From the human T2T-CHM13v2.0 reference genome, Homo sapiens: 64,000 nucleotides of DNA. Positions 41,150 to 53,125 of this stretch are shown one piece after another. Position numbers and translations under genes: made by a program. The DNA is taken from the NCBI RefSeq assembly GCF_009914755.1, contig NC_060937.1. The stretch is one strand, 5' to 3'. How positions within the stretch are numbered: the stretch's first letter is position 1; each line of letters starts with the position of its first letter. The notes below the pieces were generated by a model. That model had not been told where the DNA came from. It made no database searches and saw only the letters and a list, made by a program, of their open reading frames with translations.

Positions 41150-42352
41150 CTTCTTTTTTATTTTTTACATGTTATTTCAATTTTAATTGGCATACAATAG
41201 TTATATATATAGATAGTGTACATGTGATATTTTGATACCTTTCTACAATGTATAATAACCAAATGACAGTAACTTCAAATATTTATCTTTTCTTTGTGTG
41301 GGGAACATTATAATTCTTCTCTTTAGCTATTTTAAAATAGTTTATTTTTTGAATAGTCTATGCTTGTTATAACAATAAATTATTGTGAACTGTAATTTCC
41401 CTACTGTAGATTGAATATTAGAATGTATTCCTTCTAACTGTATTTTTGAACCCCTCAAATAACTTCTCTTTTTTTTTTTTACCCCTCAAATAACTTTTTA
41501 CCCCTCAAATAACTTCTCATACACGCTGGCCCCTTCTCTTCCTTGCCTCTGGTAGTCATCATTCTATTCTCTGTCTCCATGTGACAGAGAATAGAATGGC
41601 TCCACTTTAGTTCCCACATACTAGTAAAAACATGCAAAATTTGTCTTTCTGTGACCGCCTTATTTCACTTAATAATCTCTTGTTTCATTTGTATTTCTGC
41701 AAATGACAGTATTTCGTTCTTTCTTATGGTTAAATAATATTCCATTGTGTATTTATACACATTTTCTTTATCATTCATTCGTTGATGGACACACATTGAT
41801 ATCCTATACTGGCTATTGTGAATAATGCTCAGTAAACATAGGAGTGCAGATATCTATTTGATACATTGATTTCCTTTTTAGTTGATATATACCCAGCAGT
41901 GTGATTGCTGCTTCATTTAGTAGCTCATTTTTTTTTTCTGGATCCTCCATAGTGGTTGCACTCATTTGCATTCCCACCAACAGTGTACAAGTGTTTCCCT
42001 TTTTCCCTATCCTTGACAATATTTGTTATTTTCATCTTTTTGATCATAGCCATTCTAGCTGAAGTGAGATGATATCTAATGTGGTTTTGATTTGCACTTC
42101 ACTGATGATTAGAGATGTTGAGCATGTTTTTTTATACCTGTTGGTCATTTGGATGTCTTCTTTTGAGAAATGCCTATTCATATATTTTGCACATTTTTAT
42201 TGAATTATTATTATATTATTGTTATTATTCTTTGCTATTGAGATGTTTGAGTTTCTTATATATACTTGTTTTTCTCTTATTGGATGAATAATTTGCAAAT
42301 ATTTCCTCTCATTCTCTAGGTTTTCTCTCCATTTTGTTAGTTGTTTCTTTTG
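41150..42352 (-). mobile_element. L1MA4/5-like 3' end
   Basis: gtacatgtgatattttgatac, ggagtgcagatatctatttgatacattgatttcc, gatgtcttcttttgagaaatgcctattca. Confidence 0.88.
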
Positions 42353-42354
42353 AA

Positions 42355-42710
42355 TGAAGCTGGTAAACTGAAATGCCAACCAGCAACAGATGAAAAAATG
42401 GCCCAACAAATGTCAGCCTTCTCTAGCCAGAGAATCTAGAGAGAGTAGAATAGGAAGACGGGGAAGAAAAAGTTTAGAAAATAACCATTCTACTTCAACC
42501 AAATAACAAAAACAAACAAACTAATAAAACCCTGTGGGTTTACCCTTGCCCAAATTAACAATAGCTGAGTGTGGAATTTAGACTTTGACCAGCACTATAC
42601 TGTAACAATGTTAAGAGGCACAGAAGAAGTTTCCTCTGACATTGGGGTGAATTAGAAGAAGATTGAGTAGGAATCTCAGACTTTTATCCCCATTGGACAC
42701 TAAGTATATA
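42355..42710 (+). mobile_element. Old L1M 5' UTR-like fragment
   Basis: ttctctagccagaga, aataaccattctacttcaaccaaa, gctgagtgtggaatttagactt resemble L1MC/L1M4 5' ends. Confidence 0.45.
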
Positions 42711-45149
42711 TTTGAACACCCAATAAACTGTTCTCTTTAACTGTTTGACCTGCTTTTCAATTGTTTTTCATAAAAAATTATCTAACTTCTACTTCAACTA
42801 TTTTGCTAATTATTTTAATGTCTATCAAATTAGCTGACCACAACATTCAGAAAAGAGATGAATATAAAATATATAACTTCTATATTATAAGTAAATCTAA
42901 TGATAGCTATATATCTGAGAAAATAGTTTTATAATAATTCAAAACTACACTTCAATCCCTCTTTTCCCAAAATATTATGACAAATATATTTTTAGTTTCA
43001 CAAAAAGCTTTATTGCCCATTAAAATTTATTAAACATATTGCTTTGTATTAATTGTTCATTGATAATGAGTACTACTTGCATTCTTAGACTGAAGCCCTC
43101 TAAGATAATTTTTTAAGCCTAGCTAAAATATACATGTTAATATTTATTTTTAACACTTTATTTTTCTCTTGGTATGCATTTGCACAAAGGAATATGCTAT
43201 TTTTGTTAAATACTTGGAGAATTGAAAAGTTCTGTTGAATGCTGTTGAATATTTGAAAACTTGTTCCAGAAAAGGGGTTTTAGAGTTATTTTTGAGGAAT
43301 AGTTTTAAATGTTTAAAGAACATTTTTAATCATAATAATGTGAAAAGTGGGGTGGAAGGGGAGATGTCCAAAAAAGATGAAGAACAAGCAGAAGCAAAGC
43401 AAAGCAAAGAAAAACAAAGAAGTTGTCCTGAATTGTGTCAAGTAAAGCACCCAAGGCAACAAACATTTTGTAAAATATAAAGTCATACTGGCATCTTACA
43501 ATTATTAAAATGTGATAAAGCTAGAATACCTAAATATTTAGAAAAAAAATTCTTAAATATCTTCTTCATTAGATACAGAAAATTATATTTTAATTCTGTC
43601 AATAATCAAACAAACTAAACTTCCCTATGACTTGGACAATCAAAAATATATGTTTGTTGTTCTTATCAATCTGCTCAAAATGAGAATAAGGGAGCAAAAT
43701 GTTAAAACTGCTTAAACTCACAAGAATAAAGAGAACAAGGGGGAACATGACAGCGAAAGAGATTCGTTATAAAATTGTAGATGATGGATACTTTTAGAAC
43801 AAGTAAAAGATGACTAACAAAACAAACTTCTTAATTATTCTAAGTGTCTGTTGGGAGTGGAGCCAACATAAAGCAAATAAACTCATGCCACAGAATATTA
43901 GAAAGTATCAGAAATTTGAGGCAAGAAAAGAGTTGCAGAGAGAGGGCAAATATTAAAGGATATTTGATTGTGGCAATTTTGATGCAGAGAAGTTAATATT
44001 TCATTTTAGGAAGTCAATAGATATCGAAATAAAAAAATGTAAACTTAGGCTATATAACTGAAAGTAAATACAAGAACAAAGAGATGAAATTTGAATTTGG
44101 GGAAATAAATTCCATCTTATCAAATATTTGTAAAGCTATTCTACTTTAACAAATACGTGTAGACATTTCCTTAGTTTAAAGCAATCAAATAAAAAAACCC
44201 ACAAGTACAATCAGAATATAGTACCATAAACTACTAATAAATGGCCCCCAAATTTTTGAAATGTAAGTAGAAGGTACATAGAAATTTAGTCTCTAAAATA
44301 ATAAATTATATACAGAAAACTGTAGGCATTTGATTACATCAACATAAATATGGACTATTATACATTCTAAAAATTACATTATTAAATACTAGCATTAGTT
44401 TAGGATTCTTCATATTTATTCAGTGGTCATTTATAAATAAATAAACAAAACAAATGTGCATTCCATGAGGAATGCATGATTCAAAATAGACAAACTTATA
44501 AAAATAATAAATAATAAAATAAGATGTTGAACTTTACTAATAAAGTAAAAGATGTTATTCTAATTTTACTGATAAATTTTATGTTTTAAAAGGATTTACT
44601 GTATTTTGGCTAAGTTTTAGGAATTAGACAAAGGCAGTAACTGTTTATACCTCTAGATGAAAAATGGGCAATAGACATCAATATGGAAATCTTCAATACC
44701 AAAATTACACTTTAAATAACTTAATTAGGAAGAAGTGTGTGAATTATGGTGTTTTAATATTATTCATAATACTTAATCTAATGACTTAAGTATATATGAA
44801 TATAGTTTTGGTTAATTATACTATGATATTTAGGGTATAATGAGGACTAAGTTAAGCCACTAATGACAAAATTCCACACAGCAACAAAATAACTAGAAAC
44901 AATAATTAAACAACATCAAATTTATATCTCATGTAGATCTCTAGATCTGCATGATCATCATTGAGATGATACTCTATGGTATCAAAGATCCATACTCAAT
45001 TTATCCTATCGAATCTCTGTGCAAAATCTTCCCTTCTCAATGTTGTCTCCTAGTCCAAGACAAATTTCCCAACTGCAGATAAAATATCTGCACTTAACCA
45101 TCAAGAATAAGAAAGAAAAGATGAAAGTATTCTCCCTTTGCTCTACTTC

Positions 45150-45782
45150 TTTTTTTCTATTTTTTTTTATTTTGGAACAATCTTACATCTATAGAAAATT
45201 CTAAAGGTAGTATAGAGTTTCCATACAACCCACGCTCAGTTTCCTAGATTATTGAAAACTTACACTATAGCTTATTATATTGATTTGTTACAATTAATGA
45301 ATCAATATTGACCCATTCTTATTAACTATAAAACATGATGTATTCAGATTTATTTGACTTTACCTTAATTTCTTTTTGTCTGTTCCAGAATTCCATCTAG
45401 GATGCCATATTACATTTTAAAATATGTCACCTTAGACTTATCTTGGTCATAAAAATTACTAAGGCTTTCCTTGTTTTTGATCATGTTGACAAGTTTGAGA
45501 AATACTGGTCAGATATTTAGCAGAATGTCCCTCAATTGTGATTTGTCTCATTTTTTTTCTTATGATTAGACTAGACTTATGGGTTAAAGAGGAAGTAATA
45601 GAGATAAAATATTATTTTGAATATATTATATCAAAGGTACACACAATTGGCACGACTTATTAGTGTCGATGTTAAGCTTAATCACCTGGCTGAGTAGAAT
45701 TTTTCAGGTTTCTCCACTACATTATTATTTTCTTACTTTACATCTTGCATTCTTTAGAAGGAAGTTACTATATGTGGTGCAC
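45150..45782 (-). mobile_element. L1MC-type 3' UTR (appears to resume at ~51225-51720)
   Basis: tgttacaattaatgaatcaatattgac, gttccagaattccatctaggatgcc, tttccttgtttttgatc...tactggtcagatattt. Confidence 0.8.
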
Positions 45783-46170
45783 TGCATTTGTCAGGGGTTC
45801 TCCATAGAAACAGAGCCAATGTGATATATATCTATCTCTATCTCTTTTCCTATCTAATATATTTCTATATTTATATAGTGAGAAAGGTTGATGAAGGAAT
45901 GATTAAAGAATTGTGGGGCCTGGCAAGTGCTAAATGTGTAGGTCAAGTGGGCAGGGTAAATCCAGGGAAAAGTTGATGTTAGAGTATTGAGTTGCAAATC
46001 TGAAACCAAGGTGGAAACTCAGGCACAGTTTCTAAGTTTCAGTCTTGAGATTGAATTATTTCTTCCTTAGAAATCTTGTCTTAAAATCTTAAATTGATTA
46101 GGTAAACTCCACCTGTATTATGGAGGGTAAATTAGTTTTCTCAATTTCCACAGATTTAAATATCAATTAT
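45783..46170 (-). mobile_element. MLT2 (ERVL) LTR, truncated by the adjoining L1
   Basis: tcaggggttctccatagaaacagagccaat, ggcaagtgctaaatgtgtagg, gtattatggagggtaa. Confidence 0.8.
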
Positions 46171-46171
46171 A

Positions 46172-49100
46172 TTTTTTGGTATTCAAAAATATTTTCAATT
46201 TTTGTGGGTACATAGTAGGTGTATATATTTATGGGGTACTTGAGCTGTTTTAATACAGGCATGCAATGTGTAAAATCACATCATAGCAAATGGGGGTATC
46301 TTTCCCCTCAAGCATTTACTTTTTATATTACAAACAATCCAATTATACTCTTTTAGTTATTTTTAAATGCAACAATTAAATTATCAATGACTACAGTCAC
46401 CCTGTTGTACTATCAAATGTTAGGCCTTATTCATTCTATTTATTTTGTACCCATTAATCATCCTCACCTCTCCTCCACACCCCTACTACACTTCCCAGCC
46501 TCTGGTAATGATCCTTCTACTCTCTATGTCCATAAATTCAATTGTTTGCATATTTAGATCCTACAAACAAGTGAGAACATGCAATGTTTGTCTTCCTATG
46601 CCTGACTTATTTCACTTAATATAATGTCCTCCAGTTCCATTCATGTTGTTGCAAACGAAAGGATCTCATTCTTTGTTACAACTGAATAGTGCTCCAATGT
46701 GATTAAGTATCACATTTTCTTTACCTATCATTTCATCTGATTATGGACACTTAGGATGTTTCCAAATCTTAGCTATTGTAAACAGTGCTGCAACAAGCAC
46801 AGGAGTGTAGATATCTCATCAATATAATAATTTATTTTCTTTTGGGTATATACCCAGCAGTGGAATTGCTGGATCATATGGTAGATCTATTTGTAGTTTT
46901 TTGAGAAACCTCCAAAGTGTTCTCCATAGTGCTTTTACTAATTTACATTCCCATCAACAGCACACAAGCGTTCTCTTTTCTTCATATCCTCACCAGCATT
47001 TGTTGTTGCCTATCTTTTGAATAGAAGCCATTTTACCTGGGGTGAGATGATATCTCATTGCAGTTTTGATTTGCATTTCTCTGATGATCAGTGATGTTGA
47101 GCACTTTTTCATTTGCCTGTTTGTAATTTGTATGTCTACTTTTGAGAAGTGTCTATTCAAATATTTTGTCCAGTTTTTAATTGGATTATTATTTTTCTAT
47201 AGAATTGTTTGAACTCCATATATATTCTGGTTGTTAATCCCTTATCGGATGGGTAGTTTACAAATATTTTCTGCCATACTATGGGTTGTCTCTTCACTTT
47301 GTTGATTGTATCCTTTGCTTTTTAACTTGTTATGATTCCATTTGTCCGTTTTTACTTTGGTTGCCTTTGCTTTTGGGTTATATTACTCAAGAAATTTTTG
47401 TCCAGAACAATGTCCTGAAGAGTTTCCCCAATATTTTCTTGTAGTAGTTTTATAGTTTGAGGTCTTAGATTTAAGTCTTTAATCCAGTTTGATATAATTT
47501 TCGTACATGGTAAGAGAGAAGAGTCTAGTTTAATTCTTCTGCATACGGATATCCAGTTTTCCCAGCACCATTAATTGAGGAGAGTGTTGTTTACCCAGTG
47601 TATGTTCTTGGTACCTTTGTTGAAAATGAGTTCACTGCAAATGTGTGGATTTGTTATTGTTTTCTCTATTCTGTTCCATTGGTCTGTCTGTTTTTATGCC
47701 AGTGTGAAGCTATTTGGTTTCTAGAGCTGTGTAGTATAACTTGAAGTCAGGTAATGTGATCCTTCCAATTTCATTCTTTTTGCTGAGCGTAATTTTGGCT
47801 ACTCTGGGCATTTTGTTGTTCCATACAAGTTTTGGAATTTTTTTTAAACATGGCCATTGGTATTTTGATAGGGATTGCATTGAATCTGTAGATTGCTATG
47901 GGTAGTGTGGACATTTTCACAATATTGATTCTTCCAATCCATGAACATGAAATTGATTTCCATTTTTTGGTGTCCTCTTCAATATATTTCATCAGTGTTT
48001 TATAGTTGTCAATACAGAGGACTTTCACTTCTTTGGTTAAGTTAATTCCTATGTATTTAATTTTTTTGTGGCTATTGTAAAAGGGATTACTTTTTAAAAT
48101 TTCTTTTTCACATTGTCATTGTACATTGTTGGCATATAGAAATGCTACTGACTTTTGTATGTCAATTTTGTATTCTGCAACTTTACTGAATTTATTAGTT
48201 CCAAAAGTTTGTGTGTGTGTGTGTGTGTGTTTGTGTCTGTGTGTAGTCTTTAGGTTTTTCCAAATATAAGATTACATTATCTGCATGCAAGGATAACTTG
48301 ATTTCTTCCTTTTCAATTTGGATGCCCTTTACTTCATTCTCTTGTCTGAATGCTCTAGCTAGGACTTCCAGTACTATGTTGAATAACAGTGGTGAAAGTG
48401 GGCATCCTTGTCATGTTCCAGATTTAAGACAAATGGTTTTCAGTTCTTCTCCATTCAAAATAATACTAGCTATGGGTCTGTCATATATGGCTTTTATTAC
48501 ATTGAGATGTGTTCCTTATATATCTAGTTTTTTTCAGGGATTTTATCATGAAGGGATGTTAAACTTTATCAAATTCTTTTTCAGCATCATTTGAAATGAT
48601 CATATGGGTTTTGTCCTTCATTCTGTTGCTATGATGTATCGCATTGATTTATTTGCATATGGTGAATCATCCTTGAATCCCAGGGATAAATCCCACTGGG
48701 TCATGATTAATGATCTTTCTAATGTATTGTTGAATTTGGTTTGATAGTATTTTGTTGAGGATTTTTGCATCAATATTTATCAGAGATATTTGCCTGTAGT
48801 TGTTTTTTTTTTTTAATGTGGCTTTGGTTTTGGTATCAGATTAATACTGGCATTGTAGAATGAGTTTGGAAATATTACCTCCATTTTTCAGAATAGTTTG
48901 AGTAGGATTGGTATTTCTTCTTTTTTATATGTTTGGTATTACTTCTTTTATATGTTTATCAATGAAGCCATCAAGTTCTGGGCTTTTATTTACCTTGAGA
49001 CTTTTATTAGATCTTTGGTCTCATTACTTCACATGAGCCTGTTCAGGTTTTGGATTTCCTCATGGCTCAATCTTGTTAGGTTGCATGTGTCTAGGAATTT

Positions 49101-51015
49101 GTCCATTTCTTCTAGATTTTCCAGTTTATTGGCATATAGTTGCTCATAGTAGTCACTAATAATTTTTTGAACTTTTGTGGTATCAGATATAATGTCTCAA
49201 TTTTTATCTTTGATTTTATTTATTAGGGTTTTCTCTCTTTTTTTTTTCTAAATCTGGCTAAAAGTTTGTCAATTTTGTTTAACTTTTTTCAAAAAAGCAA
49301 CCTGTGTGTTTCATTTATCGTTTGTATTGTTTCCTTCATTTTAAATTCATTTATTTCTTTTCTGATATTTATTTTTTTCTTCTACTAGTTTCGAGTTTGG
49401 TTTGTTCTTGCTCTTCTAGTTATTTAAGATGCATAACTAGGTTATTTGAAGTTTTTCTTCCTTTTTATGTGAGCACTTATAGCTATAAACTTCTCCCTTA
49501 GTATTGCTTTTTCCATATCCCATAGGTTTTGGTATATGGTGTTTGTTTATCAACTGTTTCAAGAAATTTTTCAACTTCCTTCTTAATTTTTTCATTGACC
49601 CACTGGTCATTCAGGAGCATATTGTTTAATTTCCATGTATTTGATAGTTTCCAAAATTCCTCTTGCTACTAATTTCTAGTTTTATTTTGTTTTAGTCAGA
49701 GAACAAGCTTGATATTATTTATATGTCTGAATTTTTTAAGACTTGTTTTGTGGCCTGAAATATGGTCTATCCTTGAGAATGACCCATGTGCTAAGGAGAA
49801 GACTATGTATTCTCCAGCTGTTGAGTAAAATATTCTGTAAATATCTATCAGATTCATTAGGTCTACAGTGCAGATGATGTTCAATGTTTGTGTGTTGATT
49901 TTCTGTCTGGAAGATCTGTCCAATGTTAAAAGTGTGGTGTTGAACTCTCCAGCTATTATATTGTGGTCTGTCTCTTTAGCTCTAATAATATTTGCTTATG
50001 TATCTGGGTTCTCTGGTATTGGGTGTATACATATTTAAAATTTTGTTTTGTTTTCTTTCAATGTGTTTTTACATCAGCTTTACAAATCATTTTTAAATTG
50101 TTATATCCACTTGCTGAATTGGCCTCTTCTTCATTATATAGTGACCTTCTTTGTCTCTTCTTATAGGTTTTGTCTCAAAATCTAATTTGTTTGATGGATG
50201 TATAGGTACTTCTTTTTTGGTTTCCATTGGCATGGAATATGTTTTTGCATACCTTTATTTTCAATCTATGTGTGTTTTTATAGGTTAAGTGTGTTTCTTG
50301 TCTGCAACAGATTATTTAATCTTGTTTTCTCATCTATTCAGTCACTCTATGTATTTTGATTGAAGAATTTAGTCTATTTACATTCAAGATTTTTACTGAT
50401 AAGTAAGAACTTACTCCTGGCACTCGGTTATAGGTTTTCTGTTTATTCTGTCATCTTCTCTTCCTTCTTTATTTCCTTCCTGAATTCCTTTTAGTAAAGG
50501 CGATATTCTCTGGTGATATCACTCAGGTTCGTACTTTTAATTTTTGTGTATCCATTGTATGTTTTTGTTGTTTGAAGTTACCACAAGGAGGCTTGGAAAT
50601 ACTGTCTTATAACCCATTATTTTAAGCTGCTGACAACACTGTTTGCATAAACGAACAAACAATCAACAGGAAAACTAATAAAAACTCTATACGTTAACTT
50701 CATACCCTCATTTTTTAACAATTTTTTGTTTCTATTTATATATTATTGTGCCGTCTATGTCTTGAAAAGTTGTTGCAGTTATTATTTTTGATTGGTTAAG
50801 TGTTTAGTCTTTCTACTTAAGAGTAGTTTACACACCACAGTTACAGTGTCATAGCATTCTGTGTTTTTCTATGTACTTACTGATTATTTCTTATTACGCA
50901 TTAATATCCTTTTTTTCTGATTGAATTACTACCTTTAACATTTCTAGTAGGACATGTCTGGTGTTGGTGAAATCCTTCAGATTTTGTTTGTCTTGGAAAC
51001 TTAATTTCTCCATGT
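46172..51015 (-). mobile_element. L1MA2-like element, ~4.8 kb (3' UTR, most of ORF2, end of ORF1)
   Basis: gtgggtacatagtaggtgtatatatttatggggtac 3' end; ORF2 remnants KWKSISCSWIGRINIVKM (47771..) and DRSSRQKIN...FSRIDH (49696..). Confidence 0.93.
48210..48244. repeat. (GT)n microsatellite inside L1
   Basis: tgtgtgtgtgtgtgtgtgtgt followed by degenerate units. Confidence 0.95.
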
Positions 51016-51220
51016 TGCTAAGTGGCTAGACCAGAAGACAGACAACAATGACTGCAGTTTGGCTCACTGGAAGCCATATCCATAGGAAAAGGGGAAGAGT
51101 ATGATATCAAGGGAACAACCTGTCAGACATAATAATCTAAACAACTGCCTTCAGCCCTAGACCTTCCCTCTGACAGAGCCTTTTTGGAGTGTCCCCTGGT
51201 CATGCAGGAGCAGTCCACCT
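51016..51220. mobile_element. L1PB-type 5' UTR pieces in opposite orientations
   Basis: Plus: gccatatccataggaaaaggggaagag...gccttcagccctagaccttccctctgacagagcct; then minus: ggactgctcctgcatgaccaggggacac. Confidence 0.6.
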
Positions 51221-51799
51221 GTGTTATTTTATTAATAAAATATTAAGAAGCCTAGATGTAGGCTCTGTGTGTGCTCGTTACTACTAACATGTTATTGTTT
51301 CTGTGTCCCCTCAGCTCAGAGAGCAAAGTAATGTATATGTGTATAATAAACTGTGAATATATGCTGGTCTATGAATTTGTATGTAACAATCTGTATGTAT
51401 ATTAAGTTAAAATTGAGTTGTCTAACCAGCAAAGAGTAAGAGTTTCTGCTGCTCCACATAGTCTCTAAACATTTTCAGAATTTTTTTTCTGTTTATTTTA
51501 GCCATTTCAATATGTGTGTAATTGTACATCATTGTTGCTATAATTGGCAATTCATTAATCACATATCATTCTGAACATTTTTTGCTGTGTCTGTTTGCCA
51601 ACAGCTTATTTTTAGTGAGGTGCATATTCAAATATTTTGCACATTTATAAATTTAACTGTTTGTCATTTTTTGTTGCGTTTTAAGAACTTTTTACATATT
51701 AAGATTCCTTAATCATATGTGAGCCAAAAGTATTTGAAATAGAATAAGTTTCAACATTCCATGCAATTATATAAAATTGGAACTATAATGTTTACAGTG

Positions 51800-52600
51800 A
51801 AGCATAGACGACATTACAGAGTAAGTCTTGAACTGATAGATGAAGAATGAACAATGAATTGTGAAAAAGAGGCTGAATTCAGGTGCTTACAGCATAGGAA
51901 GAATTGCTCAGGCATCAGGAAATAGGGAATATAAGAGATATTAAATAAAAGACTATGTGTGTAAAATAGACTGATGACAGATAAGAATGCAGAATTTTGC
52001 AAGTGTCAGATTTTGCTGAGGATTTTGTTTTTTTGTTTCAAGAAAAAGGAACAGATGACCAACATGATTAAATTTGTTCATCACAATAAGTTCACTATCT
52101 TCAATCTTAACATTTACTTGATTAAATAATGTATGGATGCAGAAATATTAATTACGAAATTATTGCAGTTGCACAGGTATAACTCCATGGTAGCTTGAAC
52201 TAAGGTATTGTAAAAGTTAAAATCAGTGTGACTGATCTATATATTGTCTACATGGGGTAATGAGAGTTTTCCCCACATAAGACTGGAGAAATTTGGTGAC
52301 TCATCTTGGAGTTTATTGTTAAGAAGAAATATTGAAGAATTTGTCAAATGCAATGGTAGGTGATGAGTTATTCTATGGACCAGAAAGTTGGGAGTAGATG
52401 TAAACCAGGAGGGTACAGTGTGAGAAACTCCAAGAAAAAAGTAGTTTAAGTAGGAACATATAGCCAATTGTGACATGTTTCTCAGTGGGGACATGGAATA
52501 ATTACCAACAAGAGATTTAGAAACACTATATACTCTTCATTATGTCAAAAGGAGTCTGGGAGTTGTGAATATTGAACAGCAAGTGATCAATAATTATACT
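51800..52600 (-). mobile_element. Degenerate L2 fragments
   Basis: Purine-rich antisense L2-like motifs: attgcagttgcacaggt...tggtagcttgaactaagg, gtgatgagttattctatggac. Confidence 0.45.
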
Positions 52601-52977
52601 TTAAGATGCTATATTGTTTTGATATAAATATTAAAGATGTGTGTGTGTTTGTGGAAAGGAGTATGATATAATTTTGCAGTATTGATAAATCTTCCAGATT
52701 TTGAAACCTGAATTCCTAGGGCAGCATAGCAACAACCTGAATATTTTTAAAAATGTAATACAGAGAAGAAACTTGAAGATTAAGACATAATGATTGAGAT
52801 TATAAAGCTTTAGGCCAAAACTTTTCCATATAGTACTTATCGCTAATGGGAATATTGTATTAGTGGTGAGGCTCAAGGATTTGTTTAGCACTCCTCGTGT
52901 ATTTCTTATAAAACAATCTGGCTCTTTTCTTCCCTTACTCCACAGTGCAAACTTTCCTCTATATTCTAACATTAGAA

Positions 52978-53125
52978 ATATTAGGTACTGTGCTCAATAC
53001 CTGGGTGAAGAGTTCATTCACACCCCAAACCTCAACATCACACAAATGTACCTAGATAACAAAGCTACATATATACACTTTGAATCTAAAAAAAAGTTGC
53101 ATAAATAAATAAATTTTTAAAAGAA
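52978..53125 (+). mobile_element. Short L1 3' end (L1PB4/L1PA16-like)
   Basis: attaggtactgtgctcaatacctgggtga...caaacctcaacatcacacaa...tgaatctaaaaaaaagttg, A-rich tail. Confidence 0.85.

Noticed and set aside
43600-45130. Possible HAL1 and MLT1J/K remnants
   Set aside because: Similarity too faint to support by eye
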